Assembly (NCBI GenBank): GCA_035574315.1
Contig: DATLYW010000015.1
Span: forward strand, 20,828-84,827
From: Candidatus Zixiibacteriota bacterium
GTDB taxonomy: Bacteria > Desulfobacterota > Binatia > UBA9968
DNA length: 64,000 nucleotides
Direction of reading: 5' to 3'
Positions within the stretch are counted from its first letter, which is position 1, and every line of letters begins with the position of its first letter. A model generated the notes under the pieces. That model searched no databases and was not told the origin of the DNA. It was given only the letters and a program-made list of their open reading frames with translations. This document shows, piece after piece, positions 1 through 9,667 of the stretch. The translations under genes were made by a program, and so were the position numbers.

Positions 1-412
1 CGCGCGCCGGCTGGGAAGCCGGAAGTGGGAGGCCGGCGAACCGCTGCGCTCCTCCGAGGACGTCTTCCGTCACTTCCGCGAAAGCCTGGAACGGCAAAAG
101 CGCGAGCTTTTCTACGTGGTGCTGCTCACCAACAAGAACCGCAAGATGCGCGAAGTGAAGATTTCCGAGGGCTCGCTCACCGCTTCGCTGGTTCACCCGC
201 GCGAAGTCTACAACCCGGTCATTCGCGAATCGGCGGCGGCGGTCATTTTCGTCCACAACCATCCCAGCGGCGATCCTTCGCCCAGCCCCGAGGACGTCGA
301 GATCACGCGCCGGCTCAAGGAAGTCGGCGACGTCATGGGCATCCGCGTGCTCGATCACGTCGTCATCGGGCACGGCCGCTATTTCAGCTTCAGCGATCGC
401 GGCATGCTTTGA
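1..412 (+). CDS. radC: RadC-family JAB/MPN domain protein (UPF0758), 5' end cut by the window start
   Basis: Frame 2 translation reads ...DVFRHFRESLERQKRELFYVVLLTNKNRKMREVKIS...IFVHNHPSGDPSPSPEDVEITRRL.... The HNHPSG(x)PxPSxxD motif is the RadC/JAB signature. The reading frame is already open at position 2, so the true start lies upstream of the window. Confidence 0.8.
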   Translation, partial: ARRLGSRKWEAGEPLRSSEDVFRHFRESLERQKRELFYVVLLTNKNRKMREVKISEGSLTASLVHPREVYNPVIRESAAAVIFVHNHPSGDPSPSPEDVEITRRLKEVGDVMGIRVLDHVVIGHGRYFSFSDRGML

Positions 413-450
413 GCGCTTCCTCCTGTTCCCCGCGATTTTTCCCGCTCGCG

Positions 451-479
451 TTGACAGGGACTGCTCTCGCATTTATCTT
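451..479 (+). promoter_or_regulatory. sigma70-like promoter candidate upstream of the M23 peptidase gene
   Basis: TTGACA (451-456), 17 bp spacer, TATCTT (474-479), lying in the 208 bp intergenic gap between radC and the next gene. Confidence 0.3.
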
Positions 480-620
480 GGGCCTGCGGTTTTGTTTCCG
501 AACGCTCGCCCGGCATAGCCGACATCCCCTGCGGCGCCGCGCGGTTTCCGTCCGGTCTCCGCCGTCCCCGGAAGGAGACGCAGGGCGCCGACGCGAACGG
601 AGCAAGGCCGGTCGTTTCCG

Positions 621-2042
621 ATGAGCCGGATAGAAATAGGAAAACGGCAGCGGCGGTCCTTCGTGCCGGGCCGGACCACTTTCCTCGCCGCGTGCGCCGT
701 CCTGCTCGGCGCCGCCGTGTACTTTCTCGTCCCCCGCTTCGAATGGACGAAGCCTTCGGTCCGGATCCGGCCCGACACTGGCGTCCTCGGTCTCGTCCCG
801 CTCGAGATAGAGATCGCGGACGGCGGCTCGGGCTTGAGGTCGGTTTCGGTGGTGCTGTCATCGGCCGGCACCGACCACACGCTCGCCTCCGAGCAATACG
901 CGCGCCCGCTGGCGGGCAAAAGGCTGACAGTGGCCCTCTCCTCCAAGCTATCGGGGCTCAAGGAAGGACCGGCGGTCCTGACTGTCACGGCTCGAGACGG
1001 ATCGTGGTGGGGCTTTTTCCGCGGCAACCAGGCCGTGGTCCGCAAGGAAATCACGATCGACATCACGCCCCCGGCCATCGAGCTGATCGCGGACGACCCC
1101 TACGTCAATTTCGGCGGCTGCGGCCTCATCGTCTACAGGGTTTCCGCGGACGCCGTGAGCAGCGGCGTCAAAGTCGGACCGTACTTTTTCCCGGGGTACA
1201 AGGGCCAGGTCAGGAACTCCGACGCGTACCTCGCCTTTTTCGCCCATCCTTACGACGTCCCCGAAAGCGAAAAAGCAGCCCTGATCGCTGCGGACCGGGC
1301 GGGCAACACCCGCCAGGTGCCCCTCGCCTACGAGCTCAAGGGAGTGAAGTACAAGAGGAGCGTGATCTCCGTCACGGACGATTTCATCCGGTCCAAGGTC
1401 GCGCCGCTGCTCAACGATGTCGGGGCGCGCCAGGCGGGCGCCCGCGAGATCTTCCTCAAGGTCAACCGCGACCTGAGAAAGGAGAACGACGACCGCATCC
1501 GCGCCATCGGCCGGAAGACGGCGAGCTCCATGCTCTGGAGCGGGGCCTTCAGGCAGCTCTCCAACTCCAAGGTGGAGGCCAACTTCGCGGATGCGAGGAC
1601 GTACGTCTACCAGGGGGAAAACGTCGACAAGGCTTACCACCTCGGATTCGATCTCTCGGTCACCAAGAGGTATCCTGTCGAGGCCGCCAACGCCGGCGTC
1701 GTGTCGTTCGTCGGGGATCTGGGAATCTACGGCAACACGATCATGATCGATCACGGCCTGGGGCTGTCGACGCTCTATTCGCATCTGAGCTCCGCGGAGG
1801 TCAAGGTCGGCGACCAGGTCAAGCAAGGACAGATCATCGCGAAAACCGGCGAGACCGGGTTGGCCGTGGGGGACCACCTCCACTTCGGCGTCTATCTCCA
1901 GGGAGTTCCCGTCCTGCCGATCGAGTGGTGGGACGAAAAATGGATCCGGGACAACATCGTACCCAAGCTGGACCCCGCGGCCGCCGCCGCGGCCGAGCAA
2001 AGCAAGCCCACCCCAAAGCTGGCGCGCAAGCGGCGCCGGTGA
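621..2042 (+). CDS. M23 family metallopeptidase with an N-terminal membrane anchor
   Basis: 473 aa. An N-terminal hydrophobic segment (FLAACAVLLGAAVYFLV) is followed by an M23 catalytic core with HLGFDLSV, GNTIMIDHGLGLSTLYSHL and GDHLHFGVYLQGVPV (the HxxxD and HxH motifs). Confidence 0.85.
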   Translation: MSRIEIGKRQRRSFVPGRTTFLAACAVLLGAAVYFLVPRFEWTKPSVRIRPDTGVLGLVPLEIEIADGGSGLRSVSVVLSSAGTDHTLASEQYARPLAGKRLTVALSSKLSGLKEGPAVLTVTARDGSWWGFFRGNQAVVRKEITIDITPPAIELIADDPYVNFGGCGLIVYRVSADAVSSGVKVGPYFFPGYKGQVRNSDAYLAFFAHPYDVPESEKAALIAADRAGNTRQVPLAYELKGVKYKRSVISVTDDFIRSKVAPLLNDVGARQAGAREIFLKVNRDLRKENDDRIRAIGRKTASSMLWSGAFRQLSNSKVEANFADARTYVYQGENVDKAYHLGFDLSVTKRYPVEAANAGVVSFVGDLGIYGNTIMIDHGLGLSTLYSHLSSAEVKVGDQVKQGQIIAKTGETGLAVGDHLHFGVYLQGVPVLPIEWWDEKWIRDNIVPKLDPAAAAAAEQSKPTPKLARKRRR

Positions 2043-2202
2043 CGGCGCCCGGGCCGAGACCGCCGAAAAGCCGACATCCCTTAGCGCTCATCGACACCGC
2101 CGCCGGCCGCGACCGAAGCGCGCCCGCGGCGGCTGTGCGCGGTTTGACCTCCCGTCGCCGCGGTGTTAGAAGTGCGAGAATTTCAGCGAAAAGGCGAAAC
2201 CC

Positions 2203-3342
2203 GTGAAGCTCTACAATTTCGATCTCCTCACCTATCCTTACGTTCCCAGGGAAGCGCCTCGCACCCCCGTCCCGAGCAACTACTTCGATCCGATCAAGGG
2301 AGCGTGCAACTACGAAGAGCATCTCGCAGAAATGGTCTACTGCGAGGAGCTCGGCTTCGACGGCGTGGTCTTCAACGAGCACCACTACAGCTCTTACGGC
2401 ACCATGCCGTCGCCCAATCTGATCGCCGCAGCCCTCACGCAGAAGACCAGCCGGATCAGGATCGGCGTCCTCGGTAACATTCTGCCGCTGCGCTACCATC
2501 CGGTGCGGGTGGCCGAGGAATACGCGATGATCGATTGCCTTTCGCGCGGCCGGTTGATCGCGGGCTTCGTCCGCGGCATCCCGGCGGAATACATCTGGTA
2601 CGGCGTCAACCCGGCCGAATCCCGAGGCCGCTTCGAGGAAGCCTACGAGCTGATCATGACGGCCTGGACGCAACCGGTCTGGAGCTTCGAAGGGAAGTTC
2701 TTCCAGCTCAAGGACTGCGCCATCTGGCCGCGGCCCCTGCAGCAACCGCACCCGCCGATCTGGATCGCGGCGCGCAGCGCGGAATCGATCGAGTGGTGCG
2801 TGAGGCACCGGCTGCCGACGGCCCAGATCTATCAGACGACCTCGCAGATCGAGGACACGTTCAGCTACTATCGCAAGGTGGCGCGCGAGCAGGGCTGGGA
2901 AGCGACCCCCGACGACTTCATCCTGTGCCGCCACGTCTACGTGGGCGAGTCCGCGCGCGAGGCGCGCGAGGCCGCCGAGCCCGCGATGCAGTATTTTTTC
3001 TCGGTCTACAATCGCGGCTTCAACGACGCCATCAACCAGGCCGCCGCCGACCAGGCCCGCTTGCTCGCCCAGCTGACCACCGAACGTTCCTTCAGCTATT
3101 TCCGCGAAGGCAACCGCGAGCGCGTCGATTTCTCCAAGCTCTCGTGGGACGACCTGATCGCCACCGGATACCTCATCGCGGGCGATCCGGACACGGTCGC
3201 CCGCCAGATTCTCGAGCAGACGAAGCAGGTCGGCGCGGGCCATTTCATGGGAATGTTTCACATCGGAAATCTCCCGCACGACAAGGTCGTTGCCTCGCTC
3301 GAACGGTTCACCAAAGAGATCATGCCGCGGCTGCGCGGCTGA
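2203..3342 (+). CDS. LLM-class (luciferase-like) flavin-dependent oxidoreductase
   Basis: 379 aa with a GTG start. Luciferase-like monooxygenase pattern (FDGVVFNEHHYSSYG...RIRIGVLGNILP...IAGFVRG). An AAGG lies about 9 nt upstream of the start. Confidence 0.8.
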   Translation: MKLYNFDLLTYPYVPREAPRTPVPSNYFDPIKGACNYEEHLAEMVYCEELGFDGVVFNEHHYSSYGTMPSPNLIAAALTQKTSRIRIGVLGNILPLRYHPVRVAEEYAMIDCLSRGRLIAGFVRGIPAEYIWYGVNPAESRGRFEEAYELIMTAWTQPVWSFEGKFFQLKDCAIWPRPLQQPHPPIWIAARSAESIEWCVRHRLPTAQIYQTTSQIEDTFSYYRKVAREQGWEATPDDFILCRHVYVGESAREAREAAEPAMQYFFSVYNRGFNDAINQAAADQARLLAQLTTERSFSYFREGNRERVDFSKLSWDDLIATGYLIAGDPDTVARQILEQTKQVGAGHFMGMFHIGNLPHDKVVASLERFTKEIMPRLRG

Positions 3343-3378
3343 GCCGCCGGCCGAGGGGCCGATGTCGCCGAGCCGCTC

Positions 3379-4140
3379 ATGAGCCGGCGCTTCTCGATCG
3401 GACACCCGTGGACCCGGCGGGAATGGCTGGCCTTCGCGGGAAGCGCCGCCGCGACGGTGCTGGGATGCCGGCTGGGCCGGCCGGGCGGAAGCCGGCTCTT
3501 CGGCGCTTCGGAACCTGCAGCGGAGGCGGAGGCTGCGCCCGCCTGCGTGACGCGGCCGCAGCAGATCGAGGGGAGCCATTTCATCGACGCCGGGCTCGAG
3601 CGCTCCGACATTCGCGTCGACCCCGCCGACGGCTCCATCCGGCCCGGCGCTCCCCTGGAGCTGGCCTTCCAGGTCTCGGCGCTCGATAAAAAGGGCTGCT
3701 CGGCCCTCGCGGGCGCCGTCGTCGACGTCTGGCAATGCGACGCCCTCGGGGTTTACTCCGGGGTTCGCGACCCCGGAGGCGCGTTCGACACGCGCGGGAG
3801 ATTTTTCCTGCGCGGCTATCAGAGGACCGACCGGAACGGCCTCGCCCGATTCCTCACGATCTACCCGGGCTGGTATCACGGGCGCACGGTGCACATTCAT
3901 TTCAAGATCCGCGCTTCGCTGCCCTCCGGGCGGATCGAATTCACTTCCCAGCTCTACTTCGACGACGCGCTCACCGATCGAGTTCACGCGCACGCGCCGT
4001 ACCGCGCCCGCGGCAAACGCACGACCACCAACGACGACGATTTCATCTTCCGCAGCGGCGGCGAGCAACTCCTGCTCCGGCTGGCCGAGAAGAGCGCGGG
4101 CTATGCCGGCAAATTCGAGGTCGGGTTGCGGATCGAGTAG
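3379..4140 (+). CDS. intradiol ring-cleavage dioxygenase family protein with a Tat-type signal peptide
   Basis: 253 aa. Twin-arginine N-terminus (SRRFSIGHPWTRREWLAFAGSAAATVLG), then the intradiol dioxygenase core (VDVWQCDALGVYSG...YPGWYHGRTVHIHFKI). Confidence 0.8.
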   Translation: MSRRFSIGHPWTRREWLAFAGSAAATVLGCRLGRPGGSRLFGASEPAAEAEAAPACVTRPQQIEGSHFIDAGLERSDIRVDPADGSIRPGAPLELAFQVSALDKKGCSALAGAVVDVWQCDALGVYSGVRDPGGAFDTRGRFFLRGYQRTDRNGLARFLTIYPGWYHGRTVHIHFKIRASLPSGRIEFTSQLYFDDALTDRVHAHAPYRARGKRTTTNDDDFIFRSGGEQLLLRLAEKSAGYAGKFEVGLRIE

Positions 4141-4194
4141 CGACGATCCCGGCCAGGGAGCGATCGCGGCCCGCGCCGGGCGATGCCGCTTCGC

Positions 4195-4223
4195 TTGACA
4201 ACCCGTGCGCCCTCTCATATTCC
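4195..4223 (+). promoter_or_regulatory. sigma70-like promoter candidate upstream of the hydantoinase A gene
   Basis: TTGACA (4195-4200), 16-17 bp spacer, then ATATTC/TATTCC. It lies about 30 nt upstream of the 4253 start. A GAGGA ribosome-binding site precedes the ATG. Confidence 0.25.
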
Positions 4224-4252
4224 AGATCGAGAGACTTTTCTGCGAGGACTGA

Positions 4253-6364
4253 ATGGCGGCGAAGAAGCAATACATCGTGGGAGTGGACACGGGGGGAACG
4301 TTCACCGACGTTGTCGTCATGGGGGCGAACGGCGAGATCTGGACGGCGAAAGCGTCGACCACGCCCGACGATTTCTCCCGCGGCGTGATGGATGCGGTCG
4401 GCGAGGCCGCGAGCGCGGTCGGGGTCACGGTCCCCGAGCTCCTCGCCGGGACGGCGCTCTTCAAGCACGGGAGCACGGTCGCGACCAATGCCCTGATCAC
4501 TCACAGCGGGGTCAAGGTCGGCCTGATCACCACCAAAGGCTTCGAGGACACCACCGAGATCATGCGGGCGATCGGCCGGGTCGACGGCCTTTCCTCGGAC
4601 GAGATCAAGCACGTCACCTGGATCACGAAGCCCGAGCCTTTCGTGCCGCGCGAGCGGGTGATCGGCGTCCGCGAGCGGATCGACTACCAGGGCAACGAGA
4701 TCGTGCCCCTCAACTGGGACGACGTCATGGCGGCGATCCGCCGCCTCATCGAAAAGGAAAAAGTCGACGCGATCGCCGTGAGCCTGATCCACGCCTGGGC
4801 CAATCCGAGGCATGAAGAGGAGATCCGCGCGCTCAGCGCCGAGGCCGATCCACACCGCAAGGTGTACTGGTCCTTCGGCAGCTCGCTGTCGCAGGTTGCC
4901 GGCGAGTACGCGCGGGCCAACACGGCGATCCTCAACAGCTATCTCGGGCCTACCGTGGAGCGCTACCTCAAGGGGCTGGAGACCAAGCTCCGCAACGGCG
5001 GCTTCAAGGGACCGCTGCTCATCATGCAGGGCAACGGCGGCGTCGCGCACCGGGAGCACGTCAGCGCGATCGCCAACCTCCAGTCTGGTCCCGCCGGAGG
5101 GATGATCGCGTCCGCCTACGTCGCCGGCCTGCTCAAGCATCGAAACGTGATCACCACGGACATGGGCGGCACGAGCTTCGACGTCGGCCTGATCACGGAC
5201 GGTTACTGGCGCTACGCCCAGGAGCCGATCGTGGAGCGCTTCCGGATGCTGCAGCCGATCATCGACATAGAGTCGATCGGCGCCGGCGGAGGCACGATCG
5301 CGCAGGTGGAGGCCGAGACCGGCCGCCTCCTGGTCGGACCGAAAAGCGCGGGGGCCAGCCCGGGCCCGGTCTGCTACGATGCCGGCGGCGAGCAGGTCAC
5401 GGTCACCGACGCGGATCTGGCGCTCGGCATCATCGACCCCGACTACTTCCTCGGCGGGCGCAAACGACTGAACAAGGAAAAGGCGCTGCGGGCCATCGAG
5501 GAAAGGATCGCGCGGCCGCTCAAGCTCAAGGTTCACGAGGCCGCCGCGGGCATCTACGACATCGTCAACGCCAAGATGTCGGATCTGATCCGCCGTCAGG
5601 TGGTGCGCACCGGCTACCTGCCCGAAGAGTTCGTGATCTACGTCTTCGGCGGCGCCGGGCCGGTTCACGCCTCCGGCTTCGCCGCCGAGCTCGGCGTGAA
5701 GCGCATCTACATCTTCGCGACTTCCCCGGTCTTTTCCGCTTTCGGCGCGGCCGCGGCCGACGTGATTCACACCCGGGTGATGAGCTGCCAGTACATTCTC
5801 CCGGCCGACCCGGCCGCCGTCAACCAGCGGCTGGAGGGCATCGAAGCGGAAATGGCGGCTGCGATGACGGCGGAAGGGTTCAAGCCGAGCCAGGTCGAGT
5901 TCCGCCGTTTCTTCACGATGCGCTACCGCCGCCAGACCGCGGGCGTGGAAATGCCGGTCACCTGGAGTCGCTTCAACCACAAGCGGATGGCGGAAATCCA
6001 GGGCGCGTTCGAGGCGAAATACGATGAGCTTTACGGAACCGGGGCGGGATACACCAGGGCCGGAATCGAGATCAGCGAGATTCGCGTCGACGCCGTAGGC
6101 AAGGTCGCCAAGCCGCGCCTGAGCCCGAGTCGCAAGAAACGGGGCGATCTTCGAGCCGCCCGCAAAGGCAGTCGCCCGGTCTTCTTCACGCGCCCCGAGC
6201 GCCGGTTCATCGATACTCCCGTTTACGATTACGGCCGCCTCGGTGTCGGAGCGGTGGTCAAAGGGCCGGCGGTCGTCGAGCTGCCCTTCACGACGACCCT
6301 GATTCCGCCGGGTTTCCGGGTCACCGTTGACCCTTATCTGAACCTGGTCATGGAGACGCGCTGA
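4253..6364 (+). CDS. hyuA: hydantoinase/oxoprolinase family protein, A (beta) subunit; acetone-carboxylase-beta-like
   Basis: 703 aa. N-terminal VGVDTGGTFTDVV, then TTDMGGTSFDVGLI and other Hydantoinase_A/Hydant_A_N blocks. Confidence 0.9.
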   Translation: MAAKKQYIVGVDTGGTFTDVVVMGANGEIWTAKASTTPDDFSRGVMDAVGEAASAVGVTVPELLAGTALFKHGSTVATNALITHSGVKVGLITTKGFEDTTEIMRAIGRVDGLSSDEIKHVTWITKPEPFVPRERVIGVRERIDYQGNEIVPLNWDDVMAAIRRLIEKEKVDAIAVSLIHAWANPRHEEEIRALSAEADPHRKVYWSFGSSLSQVAGEYARANTAILNSYLGPTVERYLKGLETKLRNGGFKGPLLIMQGNGGVAHREHVSAIANLQSGPAGGMIASAYVAGLLKHRNVITTDMGGTSFDVGLITDGYWRYAQEPIVERFRMLQPIIDIESIGAGGGTIAQVEAETGRLLVGPKSAGASPGPVCYDAGGEQVTVTDADLALGIIDPDYFLGGRKRLNKEKALRAIEERIARPLKLKVHEAAAGIYDIVNAKMSDLIRRQVVRTGYLPEEFVIYVFGGAGPVHASGFAAELGVKRIYIFATSPVFSAFGAAAADVIHTRVMSCQYILPADPAAVNQRLEGIEAEMAAAMTAEGFKPSQVEFRRFFTMRYRRQTAGVEMPVTWSRFNHKRMAEIQGAFEAKYDELYGTGAGYTRAGIEISEIRVDAVGKVAKPRLSPSRKKRGDLRAARKGSRPVFFTRPERRFIDTPVYDYGRLGVGAVVKGPAVVELPFTTTLIPPGFRVTVDPYLNLVMETR

Positions 6365-6419
6365 CGCTCGGCAAAGGTAAACCGCCAAGGGCTCGAAGGC
6401 ACACGAGGAGTCGTTTCCC

Positions 6420-8657
6420 ATGAAAGCCAGATCCGCCAAGATCGATCCGATACGCTACGAAATGTACCTGCACCGTCTTTGGGCGATCGGCGAGGAAGGA
6501 CGCATGACGCTGCAGCGCGTCACCGCCTCGCCCATCGTCTCCCAGGGCGGCGAGTGCATGAGCTCCTTTTACGACGAGAGCGGGACCATGGTGCTCGCCT
6601 GTTCCGGTCATCTCCGGTTCGCCGCTGCAACCTCGGACGCGATCAAGAGCCTGATTCGGCGCTTCGCCAAGAGCCCCGGTTTCTTCGACGGCGATCAGTT
6701 CTTCTTCAACGACCCCTACGTCGCGGGCTCGCACACCTACGACATGATGATCATCAAGCCGATTTTTCACGGCGGTCGCCTGATCGCCTGGACCGCGACG
6801 AGCACCCACACGGCGGACACCGGAGGGGTGCTGCGGGGCGGAGCGTACGAGATCTTCCACGAAGGAATCTGCGTTCCCGGGCTGAAGATCGTGGAAAAGG
6901 GGGAGTTCCGCGAGGACGTCTTCAGTACCCTCACCGGCATGTGCCGGGACCCCCAGTACGTCGGGCTCGATCTCAAGGCGATGATCGCCGGCAATAACAT
7001 CTGCGCCAGACGCTACCTCGGGCTGGTGGAAAAGTTCGGTCTCGAATTCGTCCGGCTCGCGGGCGAGAAAATGATCGCGGACGCGGAAGCCAAGGCCCGG
7101 GCCAAGCTCAAATCGATGCCCGACGGGACCTGGGTCACCCGCCAGTACGTCACCACGCTCGACCGCAAGACCCGCAAGGCCGTCGCGCAACAGCTCTACT
7201 GTACCATGACGAAGAAGGGAGACGAGCTGAGCTTCGATTTCACGGGCACCAGCCCTCAGACCGACACCGACCACAACTCCACGCTTCCCAGCACCGTGGC
7301 GCACATCGCGCTGGCTCTCACCAACACGCTTTTCTGGGACGTGCCGTGGAGCGACGGCAAGATGCGTCCGGTCAAGATCCACGTCCCGGAAGGGACGATT
7401 CTGAATTGCAAGTATCCGGCCGCCTGCGGCGCGGCCCCGCGGATCGGCAACGTGCTCGTCTCCACGGTGTGCGAAGGCGTCGCCAAGATGATCTACGCCT
7501 CCGGGCGCTACGACGACGTCAACGCCTCCACCACGGGGAACCTCGAGTTTGTCGGCGGGCCCGGTTACTTCTACGGCGGCCATACGCGCGAGGGCATCCC
7601 TGTCGCCCAGGGGCTCTATGACATTCACGGCGCCGGGATGGGAGCGGCCCCGCACCGGGACGGTGTGAATACCGGCGGCCACATGAATATTCCTTCCGCG
7701 GGCATCAGCGACGTCGAGCGGATCGAGATGCAGTACCCGTTTCTCTATTTCACCCGCTCCCACAACCCCGACGGCAGCGGCTTCGGCCGGTATCGCGGGG
7801 GATTGGGAAGCTACCGGATCTACATGATCTACGGTTCGAAGGACTGCAGCGTCGACTACAAACCGTACGGCGGCGTGGCCCAGGGCGGGTTCGGCCTCTG
7901 CGGAGGCTATCCCACCGGCATCGGCGCCAACCGCGTCATGGTGGAGGCCGGTCTCGAGATGCTCGAAAGAGTCAGGGCCGGAGAGTATCCGACGGGCGCG
8001 GCGATGCGCGCGGGCGAGTGGGGCAGGCCGTTTCATCCCGCCGGCGTTCCGGAGCGAATTCCCTTGCCCGAAGGCAGCCTGCTGGTCGACTACGTCGCCG
8101 GAGGCGGAGGATTCGGCGACCCCATCGATCGCGATCCCGCGGCCGTGGTCGCGGATTTCCGCAGGGGCTGGGTGACGCGCGAGACCGCCCGCCGGATCTA
8201 CGGCGTCGTTCTCGACGCCGACGGCGGCTGCGATCTCACGGCCACCGAGGCGCGCCGGAACGAGATCCGCGCGGAACGGCGCCGGTCACAGCCGGTTTCC
8301 GGGAAGACGACCGCGCTCGAGCCGAGCCCCTCGGACGGCGCGCGGGTGCTCCTGCGCTTTCACGCCGTGCTCGAAATCGCCGCCGCAGGGGAGCGCAAGG
8401 TGATCCGCTGCTCGCGGTGCGGGCACATCTACTGCGGCGCGGAGGACAACTACAAACTTTACGCGCTTCACCGGTCGGTCCATCTGAAAGAGCTGATGCC
8501 CCCGCTGCCTACGGGCGAGCCTTACATCGGCGAGTACCACGAGTACTACTGCCCTGGTTGCGCAACGCAGCTGCAGGTCGATTTGTTCAGCCCCACGCTG
8601 GGCGGCGATCCCGTCCTGTGGGACACGCGGATCGACGCGAGCCGGCTGCGCGGATAA
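6420..8657 (+). CDS. hyuB: hydantoinase B/oxoprolinase family protein with a fused C-terminal acetone-carboxylase-gamma-like zinc-ribbon domain
   Basis: 745 aa. N-terminal DPIRYEMYLHRLWAIGEEG is typical of HyuB/AcxB. The extra ~150 aa at the C-terminus contains CSRCGH...YCGAEDNYKLYALH...EYYCPGCATQLQVD, which matches the AcxC gamma-subunit pattern. It starts 55 nt downstream of hyuA. Confidence 0.85.
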   Translation: MKARSAKIDPIRYEMYLHRLWAIGEEGRMTLQRVTASPIVSQGGECMSSFYDESGTMVLACSGHLRFAAATSDAIKSLIRRFAKSPGFFDGDQFFFNDPYVAGSHTYDMMIIKPIFHGGRLIAWTATSTHTADTGGVLRGGAYEIFHEGICVPGLKIVEKGEFREDVFSTLTGMCRDPQYVGLDLKAMIAGNNICARRYLGLVEKFGLEFVRLAGEKMIADAEAKARAKLKSMPDGTWVTRQYVTTLDRKTRKAVAQQLYCTMTKKGDELSFDFTGTSPQTDTDHNSTLPSTVAHIALALTNTLFWDVPWSDGKMRPVKIHVPEGTILNCKYPAACGAAPRIGNVLVSTVCEGVAKMIYASGRYDDVNASTTGNLEFVGGPGYFYGGHTREGIPVAQGLYDIHGAGMGAAPHRDGVNTGGHMNIPSAGISDVERIEMQYPFLYFTRSHNPDGSGFGRYRGGLGSYRIYMIYGSKDCSVDYKPYGGVAQGGFGLCGGYPTGIGANRVMVEAGLEMLERVRAGEYPTGAAMRAGEWGRPFHPAGVPERIPLPEGSLLVDYVAGGGGFGDPIDRDPAAVVADFRRGWVTRETARRIYGVVLDADGGCDLTATEARRNEIRAERRRSQPVSGKTTALEPSPSDGARVLLRFHAVLEIAAAGERKVIRCSRCGHIYCGAEDNYKLYALHRSVHLKELMPPLPTGEPYIGEYHEYYCPGCATQLQVDLFSPTLGGDPVLWDTRIDASRLRG

Positions 8658-8689
8658 CCGCCCACGCCCGCTTCCGGAGCCGCGCCGCT

Positions 8690-9667
8690 TCAGGAACCGA
8701 GCTTCTTGAAGAAGCCCTCGCGCGCCAGTTCGTCGAGCAGCGAGTGGTCGACGAACTCCTCGGCCTTTCGGTTCTTCAGCTCCGGGTTGTATTCCCCGAA
8801 AAACCGCAGGGTGTCGCGCACGCCGGCCATGTCGACTCGCGGCGGGAAGGAGAATCTCGGCGCGTAGTAGTCGTACGTCGCCTTCAAGACTTCGGGGTCC
8901 TCGAGCCTCATCCGCCGCGCGAACACTTTCGTCGCCCGCTCCCGGTCGGTCTTGATGACGTGCACGGCTTCGGCGTAGGCGCGCAGGAAGCGCTTAACCC
9001 GGTCGCGGTTTTCCCTGAGGAGGCTGCCCCTGGTGTAGAGGGAGGACTGCGTGAAGTTGGCGCTCATGTCCCCCATGTCCGCCAGGACCCGGTACCCCGC
9101 CTGCACGGCTTTCGTCAGGTGCGGAGGAGAGAGAATCGTCGCGTCAGTTCGAGCCGCCATGAGCGAGGCGAGCCGCGTCGGGGCGTCGCCGCCGATCAGC
9201 ACCTGAATGTCGGAGGATTTCAGCCCCCACTCCCTGAGGGCGAGCTGCAACGCGAGATCGTTCGATCCGCCGAAGTTGAGGATGTTGACCTTTTTCCCGC
9301 GAAGATCGTTCGGCGAGCGGATCTCGGGGCGGACCACGAAGGCGTAGGGGAACTTGTTGTAGGAGGCGGCGATGACCTTGATGTCGGCTCCCCGCGCGGC
9401 GGCCACCAGAGGGCCGGTTGCGGACCCCGTGGCGAACTGGGTGCTGCCGCCCAGGAGAGCGGCCACGGAGCGCGCGCTGCCCGTGATCATGATGACCTCG
9501 ACGTCGAGGCCGTGTTTTTCGAAGAGTCCGAGGTCCTTCGCCACCCAAACGCTGCTCTGGAACCCGGAAAGTCCGCCGTAATCCGCGATGATCTTCTCCG
9601 CCGCCCTCGCGTTTGCGGCCAGGACGCAGGCGAAAATCAATGCCGAGGTGAATCCGATGATTTTCAT
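8690..9667 (-). CDS. ABC transporter substrate-binding protein, NMT1/SsuA/TauA-like
   Basis: 325 aa. Signal peptide (MKIIGFTSALIFACVLAANARA), then an NMT1-type periplasmic binding fold. Confidence 0.75.
   Translation of the reverse strand: MKIIGFTSALIFACVLAANARAAEKIIADYGGLSGFQSSVWVAKDLGLFEKHGLDVEVIMITGSARSVAALLGGSTQFATGSATGPLVAAARGADIKVIAASYNKFPYAFVVRPEIRSPNDLRGKKVNILNFGGSNDLALQLALREWGLKSSDIQVLIGGDAPTRLASLMAARTDATILSPPHLTKAVQAGYRVLADMGDMSANFTQSSLYTRGSLLRENRDRVKRFLRAYAEAVHVIKTDRERATKVFARRMRLEDPEVLKATYDYYAPRFSFPPRVDMAGVRDTLRFFGEYNPELKNRKAEEFVDHSLLDELAREGFFKKLGS

Noticed and set aside
1834-6439. Very long minus-strand ORFs (1834..4500, 888 aa; 4043..6439, 798 aa). Similar ones occur elsewhere: 13200..14564, 29675..31840, 32422..34230, 42911..45541 N-extension, 47690..50956 N-extension, 48877..51267.
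   Set aside because: They are antisense or alternate-frame to genes with clear family motifs. Their products are Arg/Gly/Pro-rich with no recognisable domains. This is the expected open-frame artefact of ~70% GC DNA.
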